A stretch of DNA of 64,000 bases from Octopus vulgaris (Eukaryota): the NCBI GenBank assembly GCA_951406725.2, contig OX597821.1:12772001-12836000 (forward strand), given 5' to 3'. The notes under the pieces are model-generated. The model searched no databases and was not told the origin of the DNA. It saw only the letters and a list, made by a program, of their open reading frames with translations. Made by a program: the position numbers and the translations under genes. This document shows, piece by piece, positions 39,972 to 53,043 of this stretch; position 1 is the stretch's first letter, and every line of letters starts with the position of its first letter.

Positions 39972-41702
39972 GTAATAATAATAAAAAAAATACTAAAAAT
40001 AGATACAGTTAAGTTATCACCAAGTCCATCCTTCCAAGATCGAAATAACTATGAGTTAAGAAATGCTGACCACTAGGTAAAGAAAATTTAGATTAATTCG
40101 ATTGGCTATTGGTTTGAAATTTAAATCACAAAAGAAAATTATACGGTTGGTTAGTCAAGGAACGCCAATATTCACACACGCATCTACAGATCAATCGCAC
40201 ATACACACATAGTTATATGTATATACATACACTTGTACATATACATAATCATAAGCAACAACTAACACTTAGATAAACAAATAGGGAAGCAACCATGCTA
40301 ACACTAAGTCCTTCAAAATTATAACTGAGCCTCAATAACAAAAAAAGAACCATCCATGCATTCTATAAAATATTTAATTAAGATATAAATGTATTTTTAA
40401 ATATCAGTATGTTACTAATTCAGATAATTATTTCATGGGTAACTTAAAATTTATAACACCGGTTTGTTGCAGAGTAAACATACGGTTGTTAGGTTTATCG
40501 TAAGTTTGTTATGATTTAAAGTACGCTAAATTATAAAATATAAAATATAAAATATATTAATTTAGATATTATAAATAAGTCACTTATTAACTTAATAAAT
40601 ATAGTGCCAAAATATACCAGTTTAGGCAATAAAAAATAGAGGGGGAAGTATTAATGTAAACGCTTATGAGAACATCACAGAAATTTTAAATAAATTTTAT
40701 ATTATAAAGACTTAATATGAAAAGAGATAAAATAAATAAAAAGGAATAAATACGAAGGAATAAATACGGTTATACACATAATTATAAGTACAAACTAGTA
40801 TATATGTATTCATATATTATTAAAATAAATAAAAATAAATGATAGATATGTATGTATAAAACTACACCAGTATAAGTAAATAAGTAAAGAATAAATAGGT
40901 AACAAATTAGATGACTTGATATGTATGTAAACATCCACACTTAAATAGGCAAATAAATAAATAAATAGAAGACTAGATGCAAATATTGATAATATTACAA
41001 TAAAATGGGAAATAAATAAAAATAAATAAAGTGAATATATATATTTTATATTGTTGAAAGTAAATATGTATGGAAGGATAGTTTAAAGTACAGATCCAGA
41101 GGACTATAGATATAAACTAAATATATGAGGCTGGTAACAATTATAAAGCAAAATGCATGTAAATGAGAAAATGAAAAAAATGAAAAAGGTTTATCAGTGA
41201 ATAGCATAAGATACAAATTAAGGTGAGTACAAAAAGACCAAATATATAATAAAAACCTTCCAAATCAGCACATACAAAAAACCCATAATCTCAACCTAAA
41301 CCCACCAAACTCACAAAAGGCTCTCATATATTACATATTATACAATATCATTACATTATCCAGAGCTAGGTATCTAACCAAGATATACATATATACTTTG
41401 CAATATACTATGCAATATTGGAAAACTTCAAAAATCACACATTACAAGGCAAATACCAAAATGAATATGTTATTTTATGTCATATTGCATTTCTCTTAAA
41501 AAAAAACAAACAAAAACCCACATACAAAAACCAAGAAACCAATAATACTAGACACATCCAATTAGTTATTATACAAATGTAGCTATAAAAATTATAAAAT
41601 TATGAAATTTATAAATTGTATACTTTAGAATTATAGAAGACCACAGGTATATTTAGTTAAAGAAGGGAATTAAAAAATTGATAATAGTGGAAGTGCTAAG
41701 TT

Positions 41703-43037
41703 CTATTTGAATCTAGAAAAGGTGAACGGTAGCCTATGAATACAAAAGAAGTTTTTCTCATTAATGTTGTTAATAATTTGCCGACCCGCTTTAATAATGA
41801 AGAAAATTTCATTAATACATAGAGAGCATTTTTTATTTTTTCCATTATACACAGGTGCTGAAGTTAGTATTTTCCAGTTTAATCTAAAATCTAAGTTCTT
41901 ACTTTTAAGTTCCCAAATATATGCACTTAGCCCTGTAGAGTACATTCTATTTTTATTCCTAAAAGTATATCTATGATAATTCCATCTTTGTTTTATGCTA
42001 TTCATAGTTGCCCCGATATACACTCTACTACTCAATTGTGTATCTACAGTGCATTGGTAAACTACCTCCTTCCTGAGGCATTGATTACCAAATACACATT
42101 TATTTTTATTTCTGCAATTACAAAGATTAACAGAATGAGGAAATCTAAGATTGGACACCACCCCTATACTACTATTCACATTATAAGTGTTACAATTGTT
42201 ATCATCATCCAAACCCAAAATCAACGAATGAGTTAATTTCACATTATCGGCTATATTCCTATCACTAGTACTAGTATTGGTAGTAGTGGTATGATCTATT
42301 ACATTTATATTATCTCTGACAGGTATGGTGCACTCATTATTAGTAAGGAGGTTGCTCCCATTTGTTCCAAGAAAATTTCTATTCCTATTATTAATGAAGA
42401 GGGGCAAGTTTTCCTGGTCTAAATTCAATTTTCTATCCTTATAGAAGTGATCCAGTTTCTTGTTATTAAAAGAGGAGATGATGGTGGCTAGATTATGAGT
42501 AATGCTATATCCCACTCTAACAGTACCGTTGTTAATTAAAGGACTAAATTTATTCCTATCCTTACCAAAATGCCTAAAAATAATATTATGCAAAGCTCTC
42601 ACTATGTTTGTTTTAATCTGCATTGCATACGGGATAATCAACCAAAGAGTATCCTTATCAGAATTAGGATTGCCTATAGAATTAATGTTATTTGTAAAAA
42701 TCCTATTCGTAGACCAACTCATAGGATTACTATTCTTACCACTGTCATTGTTATGTCTATCTATATCAATATTACCATGGTTATTGCGCAAGTAAACTTT
42801 ACCATTATCATGTCTACCATAAGTTTTAATTCGTATATTATTATTAATATTACTACTACTACTCGTATGTTTAGATCTATTTGAGCTACCGTTCACCTTT
42901 CCAAGGTTAACGTCACTTCTACATTTATTATAGGTGTTATCATATATTCTGTTTTTACTATTCTTATGTATATTGTTGATTATCCTAAATCTATTTGTGT
43001 TGTTCTTGATAGTTCTACCTCCATTAGGGGGTTCCCC
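41703..43037 (-). CDS. PLE polyprotein C-terminal part: linker/thumb + GIY-YIG endonuclease with Cys motifs (frame opens at 43037)
   Basis: LWLIIPYAMQIKTNI...HF...NTVRVGYS-like segment, CNCRNKNKCVFGNQC, VVYQC...YIGAT...KQRWNYH, STGLSAYIWELK, WKIL, CSLCINE, CIHR: the Naiad-type arrangement. Confidence 0.88.
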   Translation of the reverse strand, partial: GEPPNGGRTIKNNTNRFRIINNIHKNSKNRIYDNTYNKCRSDVNLGKVNGSSNRSKHTSSSSNINNNIRIKTYGRHDNGKVYLRNNHGNIDIDRHNNDSGKNSNPMSWSTNRIFTNNINSIGNPNSDKDTLWLIIPYAMQIKTNIVRALHNIIFRHFGKDRNKFSPLINNGTVRVGYSITHNLATIISSFNNKKLDHFYKDRKLNLDQENLPLFINNRNRNFLGTNGSNLLTNNECTIPVRDNINVIDHTTTTNTSTSDRNIADNVKLTHSLILGLDDDNNCNTYNVNSSIGVVSNLRFPHSVNLCNCRNKNKCVFGNQCLRKEVVYQCTVDTQLSSRVYIGATMNSIKQRWNYHRYTFRNKNRMYSTGLSAYIWELKSKNLDFRLNWKILTSAPVYNGKNKKCSLCINEIFFIIKAGRQIINNINEKNFFCIHRLPFTFSRFK

Positions 43038-44545
43038 TTAGGTATAAACCAAATCTTACTTTTATATCCTGCCTTAAGTAATGCTGCATTGTATCTATCA
43101 CAGTGTTTGTTAAAAATTTCCTCGTTTGAGGATAAACTAGAAATTCTTTGACTAATGCTACGCACTAGTGCATTTTTAATTTGAGGGGGGTGATTACTAG
43201 AACGGTTAATGTATATTAGGTTAGAATTAGGTTTAATATAGGGTTCATGTAAACCATTAGTAATGTTACAATTAACATCTAAATAATTAGCAGAATAATT
43301 TTCACTTTCAATGATAATGGATAGGCCGAAGCTTTTAAAAAATTTGTTTATTCTTTTTTTCAGAAGATCTAATCTCCTATTTGATGTATTCCTAACACAA
43401 AATAAGGCGTCATCCCTGTATAATCCGCCTTTTAATTCAGGGAATTCCCTACTAAAGTTATCTAATAGATACATCCCAACTAGATCAGTCACCTCCGCTG
43501 AGTCCGGCGATCCCATTGTGATATCGAACAAGTTGGGTGTGTCCTTTCTAGCCCAAAGTTTATTATCAAACTCTATTAAAGTTTTCCTGGCTGTTAGTAT
43601 AACCTTAATCTCCCCCATACTTAATTTAGTGTGTTTTCTAGCAAAAATTAAGGACTTATTTAATATAATAGGGTTAATTGAAGTGTAATAATTCTGTATA
43701 TCGAATTGTATAAATTTATTTCTATTATAGCTAAAGTTGTTACTGTCACAGACCTTAATGGCAGAAAACCAATCCAAAGCACCCTGAGTATTCTTCCAAA
43801 GGTTTAGTTTGATTTTATTGCGGATGGTGGGTAGATATTTATCTAGAATGAGTTTACTTAGTCTGCCTAAGTCAGATTTAGTGGGGCAAATTAATCTGAC
43901 CTGTGTGTTTCCAAGAAAATTCTCTTTATGATCCTTTAGTGTAATTCTCGGTCTGGATGGGGTGTAGGGTTCCGTTTTTTCTTCTAGGTAGTAGTCAAAT
44001 ATGATTTCTCTGATCTCCAGGTTCAGCTTTCTAAGTGTACTAGAAGGTACTACTTTGTATTTCTTGGTTATTTCCTTGTGTAGAAGATCATGATATGCAG
44101 TAATGTCAATGTTGTAGATGTTGTTAGTTTTGTCAGAATGTGTTAGAATGCCACTCTTACCTTTGAGAGTTCTAATTAAGTCTTTCAATTCTCTTTGGTG
44201 CGGGTTATATCTTAAAGGATGATTTCTAAATTTTATGTTTTTTACAGTCTCCCATAGTTCTTGTTCAAAATTGTCTAGATGTATATTTGGTGGAGGAGAC
44301 TTTCTAGATTTAAATGTAGTGCTTGTTAGTTTTAATATTTCTTCATAGGTGCTTCCAATTCCATTACGGATCGTTTCTCCAGTGTGTTGTTGGTTTATTT
44401 TATTATTATAGTTCTCATGGTGGAAAATCCTCCATCTGATCCTATGGATGAATTCATTCATTCTATAAATTAGTTCTTTAGTGTAATGGTCTTTGGTAGG
44501 GATAGGTACATCCTTCATTGATGAATTGATCAGTATTTTCTCCAT
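42980..44545 (-). CDS. PLE polyprotein N-terminal part: reverse transcriptase (first ATG 44545)
   Basis: SMKDVPIP..Y...LI...F..RIRWR, SDKT, ITLKDHKENF, RLICPTKSDLG, FIQFDIQNYYTSI, FDITMGSPDSAEV, GGLYRDDAL, NYLDV, YI...SNHPP. Confidence 0.92.
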   Translation of the reverse strand: MEKILINSSMKDVPIPTKDHYTKELIYRMNEFIHRIRWRIFHHENYNNKINQQHTGETIRNGIGSTYEEILKLTSTTFKSRKSPPPNIHLDNFEQELWETVKNIKFRNHPLRYNPHQRELKDLIRTLKGKSGILTHSDKTNNIYNIDITAYHDLLHKEITKKYKVVPSSTLRKLNLEIREIIFDYYLEEKTEPYTPSRPRITLKDHKENFLGNTQVRLICPTKSDLGRLSKLILDKYLPTIRNKIKLNLWKNTQGALDWFSAIKVCDSNNFSYNRNKFIQFDIQNYYTSINPIILNKSLIFARKHTKLSMGEIKVILTARKTLIEFDNKLWARKDTPNLFDITMGSPDSAEVTDLVGMYLLDNFSREFPELKGGLYRDDALFCVRNTSNRRLDLLKKRINKFFKSFGLSIIIESENYSANYLDVNCNITNGLHEPYIKPNSNLIYINRSSNHPPQIKNALVRSISQRISSLSSNEEIFNKHCDRYNAALLKAGYKSKIWFIPKGNPLMEVELSRTTQIDLG

Positions 44546-44630
44546 TCTTCTAGCAGTAATGATCAAAGGAACAAATATACTACACTAGGGTGTATTCACA
44601 TGCACTATTAATATTTAAATCAATAAATGG

Positions 44631-45179
44631 ATGCTTATATTACACCAGTATGAGCAATTGGGTTTGGATGATGATAACAATTGTAACACTTATAATGTGA
44701 ATAGTAGTATAGGGGTGGTGTCCAATCTTAGATTTCCTCATTCTGTTAATCTTTGTAATTGCAGAAATAAAAATAAATGTGTATTTGGTAATCAATGCCT
44801 CAGGAAGGAGGTAGTTTACCAATGCACTGTAGATACACAATTGAGTAGTAGGGTGTATATCGGGGCAACTATGAATAGCATAAAACAAAGATGGAATTAT
44901 CACAGATATACTTTTAGGAATAAAAATAGAATGTACTCTACAGGGCTAAGTGCATACATTTGGGAACTTAAAAGTAAGAACTTAGATTTTAGATTAAACT
45001 GGAAAATACTAACTTCAGCACCTGTGTATAATGGAAAAAATAAAAAATGCTCTCTATGTATTAATGAAATTTTCTTCATTATTAAAGCGGGTCGGCAAAT
45101 TATTAACAACATTAATGAGAAAACTTCTTTTGTATTCATAGGCTACCGTTCACCTTTTCTAGATTCAAATAGAACTTAG
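44631..45179 (+). CDS. Inverted duplicate of the GIY-YIG domain with junction-derived ATG and C-terminal frameshift
   Basis: Protein identical to the minus-strand EN from LGLDDDNN to NINEK; one A fewer in the run at ~45120 removes CIHR. Confidence 0.55.
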   Translation: MLILHQYEQLGLDDDNNCNTYNVNSSIGVVSNLRFPHSVNLCNCRNKNKCVFGNQCLRKEVVYQCTVDTQLSSRVYIGATMNSIKQRWNYHRYTFRNKNRMYSTGLSAYIWELKSKNLDFRLNWKILTSAPVYNGKNKKCSLCINEIFFIIKAGRQIINNINEKTSFVFIGYRSPFLDSNRT

Positions 45180-46924
45180 CACTTCCACTATTATTAATTT
45201 TTTAATTCCCTTCTTTAACTAAATATACCTGTGGTCTTCTATAATTCTAAAGTATACAATTTATAAATTTCATAATTTTATAATTTTTATAGCTACATTT
45301 GTATAATAACTAATTGGATGTGTCTAGTATTATTGGTTTCTTGGTTTTTGTATGTGGGTTTTTGTTTGTTTTTTTTAAGAGAAATGCAATATGACATAAA
45401 ATAACATATTCATTTTGGTATTTGCCTTGTAATGTGTGATTTTTGAAGTTTTCCAATATTGCATAGTATATTGCAAAGTATATATGTATATCTTGGTTAG
45501 ATACCTAGCTCTGGATAATGTAATGATATTGTATAATATGTAATATATGAGAGCCTTTTGTGAGTTTGGTGGGTTTAGGTTGAGATTATGGGTTTTTTGT
45601 ATGTGCTGATTTGGAAGGTTTTTATTATATATTTGGTCTTTTTGTACTCACCTTAATTTGTATCTTATGCTATTCACTGATAAACCTTTTTCATTTTTTT
45701 CATTTTCTCATTTACATGCATTTTGCTTTATAATTGTTACCAGCCTCATATATTTAGTTTATATCTATAGTCCTCTGGATCTGTACTTTAAACTATCCTT
45801 CCATACATATTTACTTTCAACAATATAAAATATATATATTCACTTTATTTATTTTTATTTATTTCCCATTTTATTGTAATATTATCAATATTTGCATCTA
45901 GTCTTCTATTTATTTATTTATTTGCCTATTTAAGTGTGGATGTTTACATACATATCAAGTCATTTAATTTGTTACCTATTTATTCTTTACTTATTTACTT
46001 ATACTGGTGTAGTTTTATACATACATATCTATCATTTATTTTTATTTATTTTAATAATATATGAATACATATATACTAGTTTGTACTTATAATTATGTGT
46101 ATAACCGTATTTATTCCTTCGTATTTATTCCTTTTTATTTATTTTATCTCTTTTCATATTAAGTCTTTATAATATAAAATTTATTTAAAATTTCTGTGAT
46201 GTTCTCATAAGCGTTTACATTAATACTTCCCCCTCTATTTTTTATTGCCTAAACTGGTATATTTTGGCACTATATTTATTAAGTTAATAAGTGACTTATT
46301 TATAATATCTAAATTAATATATTTTATATTTTATATTTTATAATTTAGCGTACTTTAAATCATAACAAACTTACGATAAACCTAACAACCGTATGTTTAC
46401 TCTGCAACAAACCGGTGTTATAAATTTTAAGTTACCCATGAAATAATTATCTGAATTAGTAACATACTGATATTTAAAAATACATTTATATCTTAATTAA
46501 ATATTTTATAGAATGCATGGATGGTTCTTTTTTTGTTATTGAGGCTCAGTTATAATTTTGAAGGACTTAGTGTTAGCATGGTTGCTTCCCTATTTGTTTA
46601 TCTAAGTGTTAGTTGTTGCTTATGATTATGTATATGTACAAGTGTATGTATATACATATAACTATGTGTGTATGTGCGATTGATCTGTAGATGCGTGTGT
46701 GAATATTGGCGTTCCCTGACTAACCAACCGTATAATTTTCTTTTGTGATTTAAATTTCAAACCAATAGCCAATCGAATTAATCTAAATTTTCTTTACCTA
46801 GTGGTCAGCATTTCTTAACTCATAGTTATTTCGATCTTGGAAGGATGGACTTGGTGATAACTTAACTGTATCTATTTTTATTATTTTTTATTATTATTAA
46901 TTCTTCTTCTTCTTCTTCTTCTTC

Positions 46925-46956
<32 letters not shown>

Positions 46957-47290
46957 AGTAATTTTTATTAACTTTTATAGCTTTAGAATTTTATGAACTG
47001 TACCACGGATTTAATTATTATTATTTTTCATCTCCATATGTGTTAGCCCTTTTTTTTATAAAAAAAACTATTAGCTAAATATGTATGATATCGGTACTTA
47101 TTAATATTATATATACACTGTTATATATTTTGTTTTATTTTGTTCTGGTTACCTTCCTTTTTGTACAAATATGTATTATATTATACAAGTGTAGCATTAT
47201 GATGTATAAGTTTTTATATTTTACTTTTTTATATTTTTATATTTATATGTATATGATTATATAATATTTTTCACTATTATAACAAATTTA

Positions 47291-47414
47291 ATTTAATTCT
47301 CTGAAGAGGCCGTGGGGCATCTTTGTTAATGCCTCATTTATACCTGCCTTTATGGCTTATAGGTTAAATGAGGTATGACTGTCCTCACTGCCGAAACAGC
47401 TGTCAGTTTTGATT
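47291..47414 (+). ncRNA. Type-I hammerhead ribozyme in the inverted arm
   Basis: CTGAAGA 47301-47307, long stem II, GAAA 47393-47396, palindromic stem III CAGCTG, GTC triplet 47402-47404, weak stem I. Confidence 0.75.
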
Positions 47415-47647
47415 TATTTGCATATTGTATTTGTAATTTTTTACTTATATCTCTTTATCTTTTTACTTTTACTATTACTGTATATCTCATTTCATTTTAT
47501 ATATTGCCTTTACTCATATGTAATGGTGTATTAAAGTATGGATTGAGTATCATCGGATAGTTGATGTTTTACTGATTTAAGTATGTTTCTCCATTCTCTA
47601 ATTTTGTACATATATATATACATATATATATATATATACACACATAT

Positions 47648-47903
<256 letters not shown>

Positions 47904-48970
47904 AAGCATATTTTTTATGAGATCATTTCACAAAGATTACTTCTGTTTGAAATCGTGTTTCAAGTGAATGCTGTTGAAATTTCTGAAGGCCATGCTTCCA
48001 ATAATCAAAAGCATTCCTTACAGTTTACATTAGCTTTAATTTTAATGTTAAATAATATTTCTTATATGACACATCTGGCAACTTATCAAAGATTTGAAAT
48101 CTCCTGCTTACGTTACTTTGTCAGAAACCAATTATATGTTGTCAAGTATCGGTATGCATTGTATTAGAACTGTTCTTTACTTATTGTTCTTGATTTAATT
48201 TCTGTTATTTGCTGTTTTTGTTGCCTTTTATTTTCGTTTCGGTCATTTTTTTTTCTGGAGCCAATATAAGAACAAAAGTACATTCGTGTACATATCTTTA
48301 CGCACTTCACTTTTTGGCTTTTGTAAGGTATCTTTATCGCTATAGATGTCTTTATTTTCTGTATGTATAAGTGTGTTTGCTGCTTGTATATAGTATGGTA
48401 GTATGGTTCGATTTTGCTGCATTTAATCTTATTAGCCGTAGTACTGGGGTGGTGGTAGAAGTTCGTTATCTATATTCGTATCTCTTCCTGTAAATGCCTA
48501 TGTTTTTAAACATCTCCATATTTATATACTCACAAATACATGTGCACATACGCACGATAGTATATGCACTACATATATATAATTATATATATCTACACAC
48601 ACGTGCCACGCATATGCGCTTATTTCAATGCTGCTGACAAACTCAATACAATAGCTTAAATTTGGTTCTAATCCTGGTTTTATCTGAATCCCGAAGAAAT
48701 ATTTCAGCAGTCATTGTAATGTAAACAAACATGAGATATCAGTTCAGATTTGAATAGATGATTACGACTAATATGTCACACGCAGCAAGTGTTTGTTTCA
48801 TCTCTTTGCTTTGATCGCATATGGGAAAAATATTAACAGAATCAGATTTCTGAAATGTCGCTTCGACTACCATTAGCAATTTCAAAGGAAAAATTTACTA
48901 AATGCGTATCATTACCTGAGAATATGATTTTATGTGTGTTTGTGTGTGCGTGTGTATAGACACACATATG

Positions 48971-49034
<64 letters not shown>

Positions 49035-49062
49035 TATAGGTAGATAGATAGAGAGAGAGAGC

Positions 49063-49107
<45 letters not shown>

Positions 49108-49110
49108 TTA

Positions 49111-49147
<37 letters not shown>

Positions 49148-49150
49148 TTA

Positions 49151-49220
<70 letters not shown>

Positions 49221-50153
49221 CATATAGATATATATATGTAAACACTCCTAAATATATATAAAATATCCATTCATATACATATACACGCTCAGACACGCGT
49301 GCGCACGTGCATATATAGATATAATTTGCTGAATGGCCTTTATACAGGGTTTGAACATGGGACTGAATTTGAACTCGTTTGAGCTTTGAGTACTTTAAGC
49401 TACTTACATCTTATAGATGCGAACCCTAAATTTAATCATTCACGTTGTGTGTTATTATCCATCCCCACTTCCACTCCTGTGTTTGACAGGAATCTTCTCA
49501 GACGTACCTCATCTAGATGTGTTCTCATCTCATTTTGAAAAATTATCCTGTGTCACACCGGTCAGCAAAAGGACTTATCCTAAAGAGACTACTACTAAAA
49601 ATACCTATGGGAGTTGCCCTACATTCCTTCAAAAAACAATTACAGAAATTTAGTTTGTTACATATACGACGCTCGTGTATACTTTTAAAGTGGAAGTATT
49701 GTGGAATAATTCATTATAGTAGAGTTCTGAGTTTGACAAATAACCATTCTAAGAGAATCTTATTTATAATTGTTGAATGGCAAAGGTTATCTCCTATCAA
49801 TGAAAGTCTTAACCTTGAATTAAAATTTATTTCAGTCAGAATGAGCTTGGATATTCTCTGTGATTATCGTCCGTGACATACGAAATAACACGCAATTAAT
49901 CTTGCAATATTACTCACGATGCAGGAAACTATACCCCGCCCCCCCATAAACATAGTTATCGATGTATTTCTATATATTCCATCAATGAAAGCTGAACAAT
50001 TACAAAACTGTATTGAATTAATACTGCGTAATGTCATCAGCACTTTTGCTTAATTACCTACGTCAAAGTATATGAAACTAAAACAGAACGTGTGTATTTT
50101 ACAATCATAAGCAACATGTATAAAGAAAATCTATCTCACTTTGTAACTCGTTT

Positions 50154-50485
50154 TCTCGTACCCTCACTCTGACCACGGCTTTCAACCGATTCTGATGAAA
50201 CTTGACACACACATAGCCCAATGTCATAATTCAAAACTAACGCAGCGAAAATTTTGAAAAGTTCCCCCAGTTCTGAAAAAAATCGATAAATTCGACATGG
50301 GGTCGAGAATTAGAAACCAAAACCACAGACCGTCTAGGGGACGCAACTCTACCTTTTTTAACTCTCAAAAAAAATTTACCAGCATTTTTTTTCCATTCTT
50401 TTGCTCTTTTTTGGCTATAACTCTCTAAAAATGCTTTATAGTTATTTCCCTTACAAACCTGAGCAACGCCGGGCGATACTGCTAG
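50154..50485 (+). mobile_element. Non-autonomous Helitron-like element, 3' part
   Basis: Ends CCTGAGCAACGCCGGGCGATACTGCTAG|T; homologous to 54574-54968; flanked by duplicated TCTCACTTTGTAACTCGTT. Confidence 0.65.
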
Positions 50486-51491
50486 TTGTACTATAAAATG
50501 TAAAAAAAAACAATCTCTCACTTTGTAACTCGTTACATTTACTGTCCACGAAAGAGCACTGAGTATACGGTTCTTTAATCAAGTATATGGCTCCCAGGAC
50601 CTTTTTTCAATGCCTGATACTCATTTCAGATGATCCTGTTTTTCGCACTAGTATGATGATATAAACGACGCCACTTTTCAAATGATGCCAAAGAAAGACA
50701 CTGGCGATATAAACAGAGAGGGTGCACATACACGTGAGGGCACACATACACATACGTTCACATATAACTCAGTTACGCACACACACACACAAAATAAAAC
50801 ACACGGAAACACGCATATGATGGGCTTGTATATTGTTTCCATCGGTATTTTATCCTCACAAGGCAATTGTCAACCGAGGTCACAGTAAGAGACCCTGACC
50901 CACTAGCCCAAGATGCCTTACTGAACAACAGAACCTGAAACCAAATGTTTCCAAAGCGAATCCCTTACCCACGTAGCTATACCGGTAGCTATGTAGATAA
51001 AATATCTAAAATAAATAAATTGATATGTTCATATACATAAATACATACATACATATATATATGTGTGTGTATTTATATATATAAACACACACACATATAT
51101 ATGTACACTCACACACACGTACATAGCTACATATATACATACAACTTTATCTGATGAATAATCACTCCACTTGATGAAATACTACACAATAGATCAAAAG
51201 ATATAGCTAAAATTTCATACAAAAGCCCCATCGATTATCAGCATGCAACATTTTAGAAACCTCCGATATTTTTTCCCCGGTTTCGGGTAAATTTCAATCT
51301 ATTAAATGTAGTTAAATTTATTTAATATTTTTCTTTTCAGGATTTATGTAAGATTCAAATGATATATTTCGTTATATTAAATTCTTGAGTGGGGTCTTAG
51401 AATGGTTATATGTATTTGTATATAGATGTATCCATAGGTTACCCCGTGTGATTGTAGAGGAATATGTGTATGTGTATAATATATATATATG

Positions 51492-51581
<90 letters not shown>

Positions 51582-51712
51582 AATAGTGAGATGTGTATAT
51601 ATAAATATATGTATATTTATACATACATATACATCAGTTTGAGTGTGTGTGTGTATGTCTGTGTGTGTGTGTGTGTGTGTATACATATATTTTTTATTTT
51701 TTCTCTAATCTT

Positions 51713-52160
51713 TTACCTATTTCAGTCGCTAGACTGCTACCATGTTGGGGCCCAGCCTTGGAGAATTTTAGTCGAATCGAACCCAGTAATTATTTCAGTT
51801 TTAGAGCCTATTAATTATTCTGTCGATCACTTTTGCGAAAACACTAAGTCAAGAGGGCGTAAAGTCTCCAACATTGTCTGTAAAGCGGTGGCGGAGGGCA
51901 AAAACGGACACAAAGACACACGCGCAAAAAAACTCACACACACACAAATACATATATGTGTGTGTGCGTGTTTGAGTGTATACATACATATACATACATA
52001 CATGCATACATATATATATTTATATATATATATATATATATGCACACGACACGTTACTTTCAGTCTCTCTACAAAATTCCTTGATAATGTTTTATTCGAA
52101 CCGAAGCTTTAGTAGAAGGAACTTAAACATTTTGACCCACAGTGGAACTGAAACCGGAGC
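51713..52160 (-). mobile_element. Old degenerate SINE family A
   Basis: Diverged matches TTTCAGTC..GACTGC..CCATG and TTTCAGT.TC.CTACAAA...CAGTGGAACTGAA. Confidence 0.6.
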
Positions 52161-52203
52161 TTATATAGTGATGTATATATGTGCATTTATATATACATGC
52201 ATG

Positions 52204-52278
<75 letters not shown>

Positions 52279-52670
52279 TTATATGTATTTGTATATATAT
52301 ATATTAGCGCACACATATGAATAGATGTATACATACCAACGAATAAATGCACCTGTGTATATATACAAGTACATATTATAATTTGTCTTAGGTATAACAG
52401 CAGCGGTAACCAGTTGTTGGAATGCACACGTTAAGAGTGCTGTGCCAAGTCATCCGCGTCTGATTTACGTCTATTCCATTATATCTTTATTTCTTAAATT
52501 CTGGCACTCAAAGGGGCAGATGATTAGTTAATTTCTGAAATCCACATGATCTCGAAAAGAATTTGACAGGTTGTAAATCTAGGAGCTCACATTTGCCCAT
52601 TTCGGTGCGTATATCTGTTAGTGTATGTATTCTGCATGCGCACAAGAGAGTTTATTTGCATTACTATATA

Positions 52671-52761
<91 letters not shown>

Positions 52762-52995
52762 GTCTGGGTATCTATCTGTCTGGGTGTCTATCTATCTATC
52801 TATCTATCTATCTATCAATCAGTCTCTCCCTCCATCTATTTATTTCTCTATCTATTTATTTATTTATCTATTTATTTATCTATCTGTCAAGTAAGGTAAG
52901 TAGCTTTCAAGCTATCCATGAATCTATCTATTATTTTCTCAATCTATCTTTTTGTATTTATATATTTACGTTCTTGCTTATATCTATACAAACAT

Positions 52996-53043
<48 letters not shown>

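Larger units (their letters stand above)
39107..47608 (-). mobile_element. Penelope-like retrotransposon (Naiad-type) with ~2.9-kb inverted 3' duplication, inserted in (TA)n
   Basis: RT + GIY-YIG ORF on minus strand; 39283-42218 and 44658-47608 are near-identical reverse complements; (TA)n on both sides. Confidence 0.92.

Noticed and set aside
41703-44545. Selenocysteine recoding or SECIS, as known for some Naiads
   Set aside because: No in-frame TGA within either coding segment, conserved Cys positions are ordinary Cys codons, the RT frame ends in TAA, and no convincing SECIS was seen.
39283-47608. ADAR-like A-to-G bias between the two arms
   Set aside because: The differences I checked are mixed transitions in both directions, with no one-way bias.
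39283-47608. DNA transposon or Polinton with long TIRs
   Set aside because: The arms contain the EN coding region and 3' UTR of an RT element; no transposase, integrase or polB.
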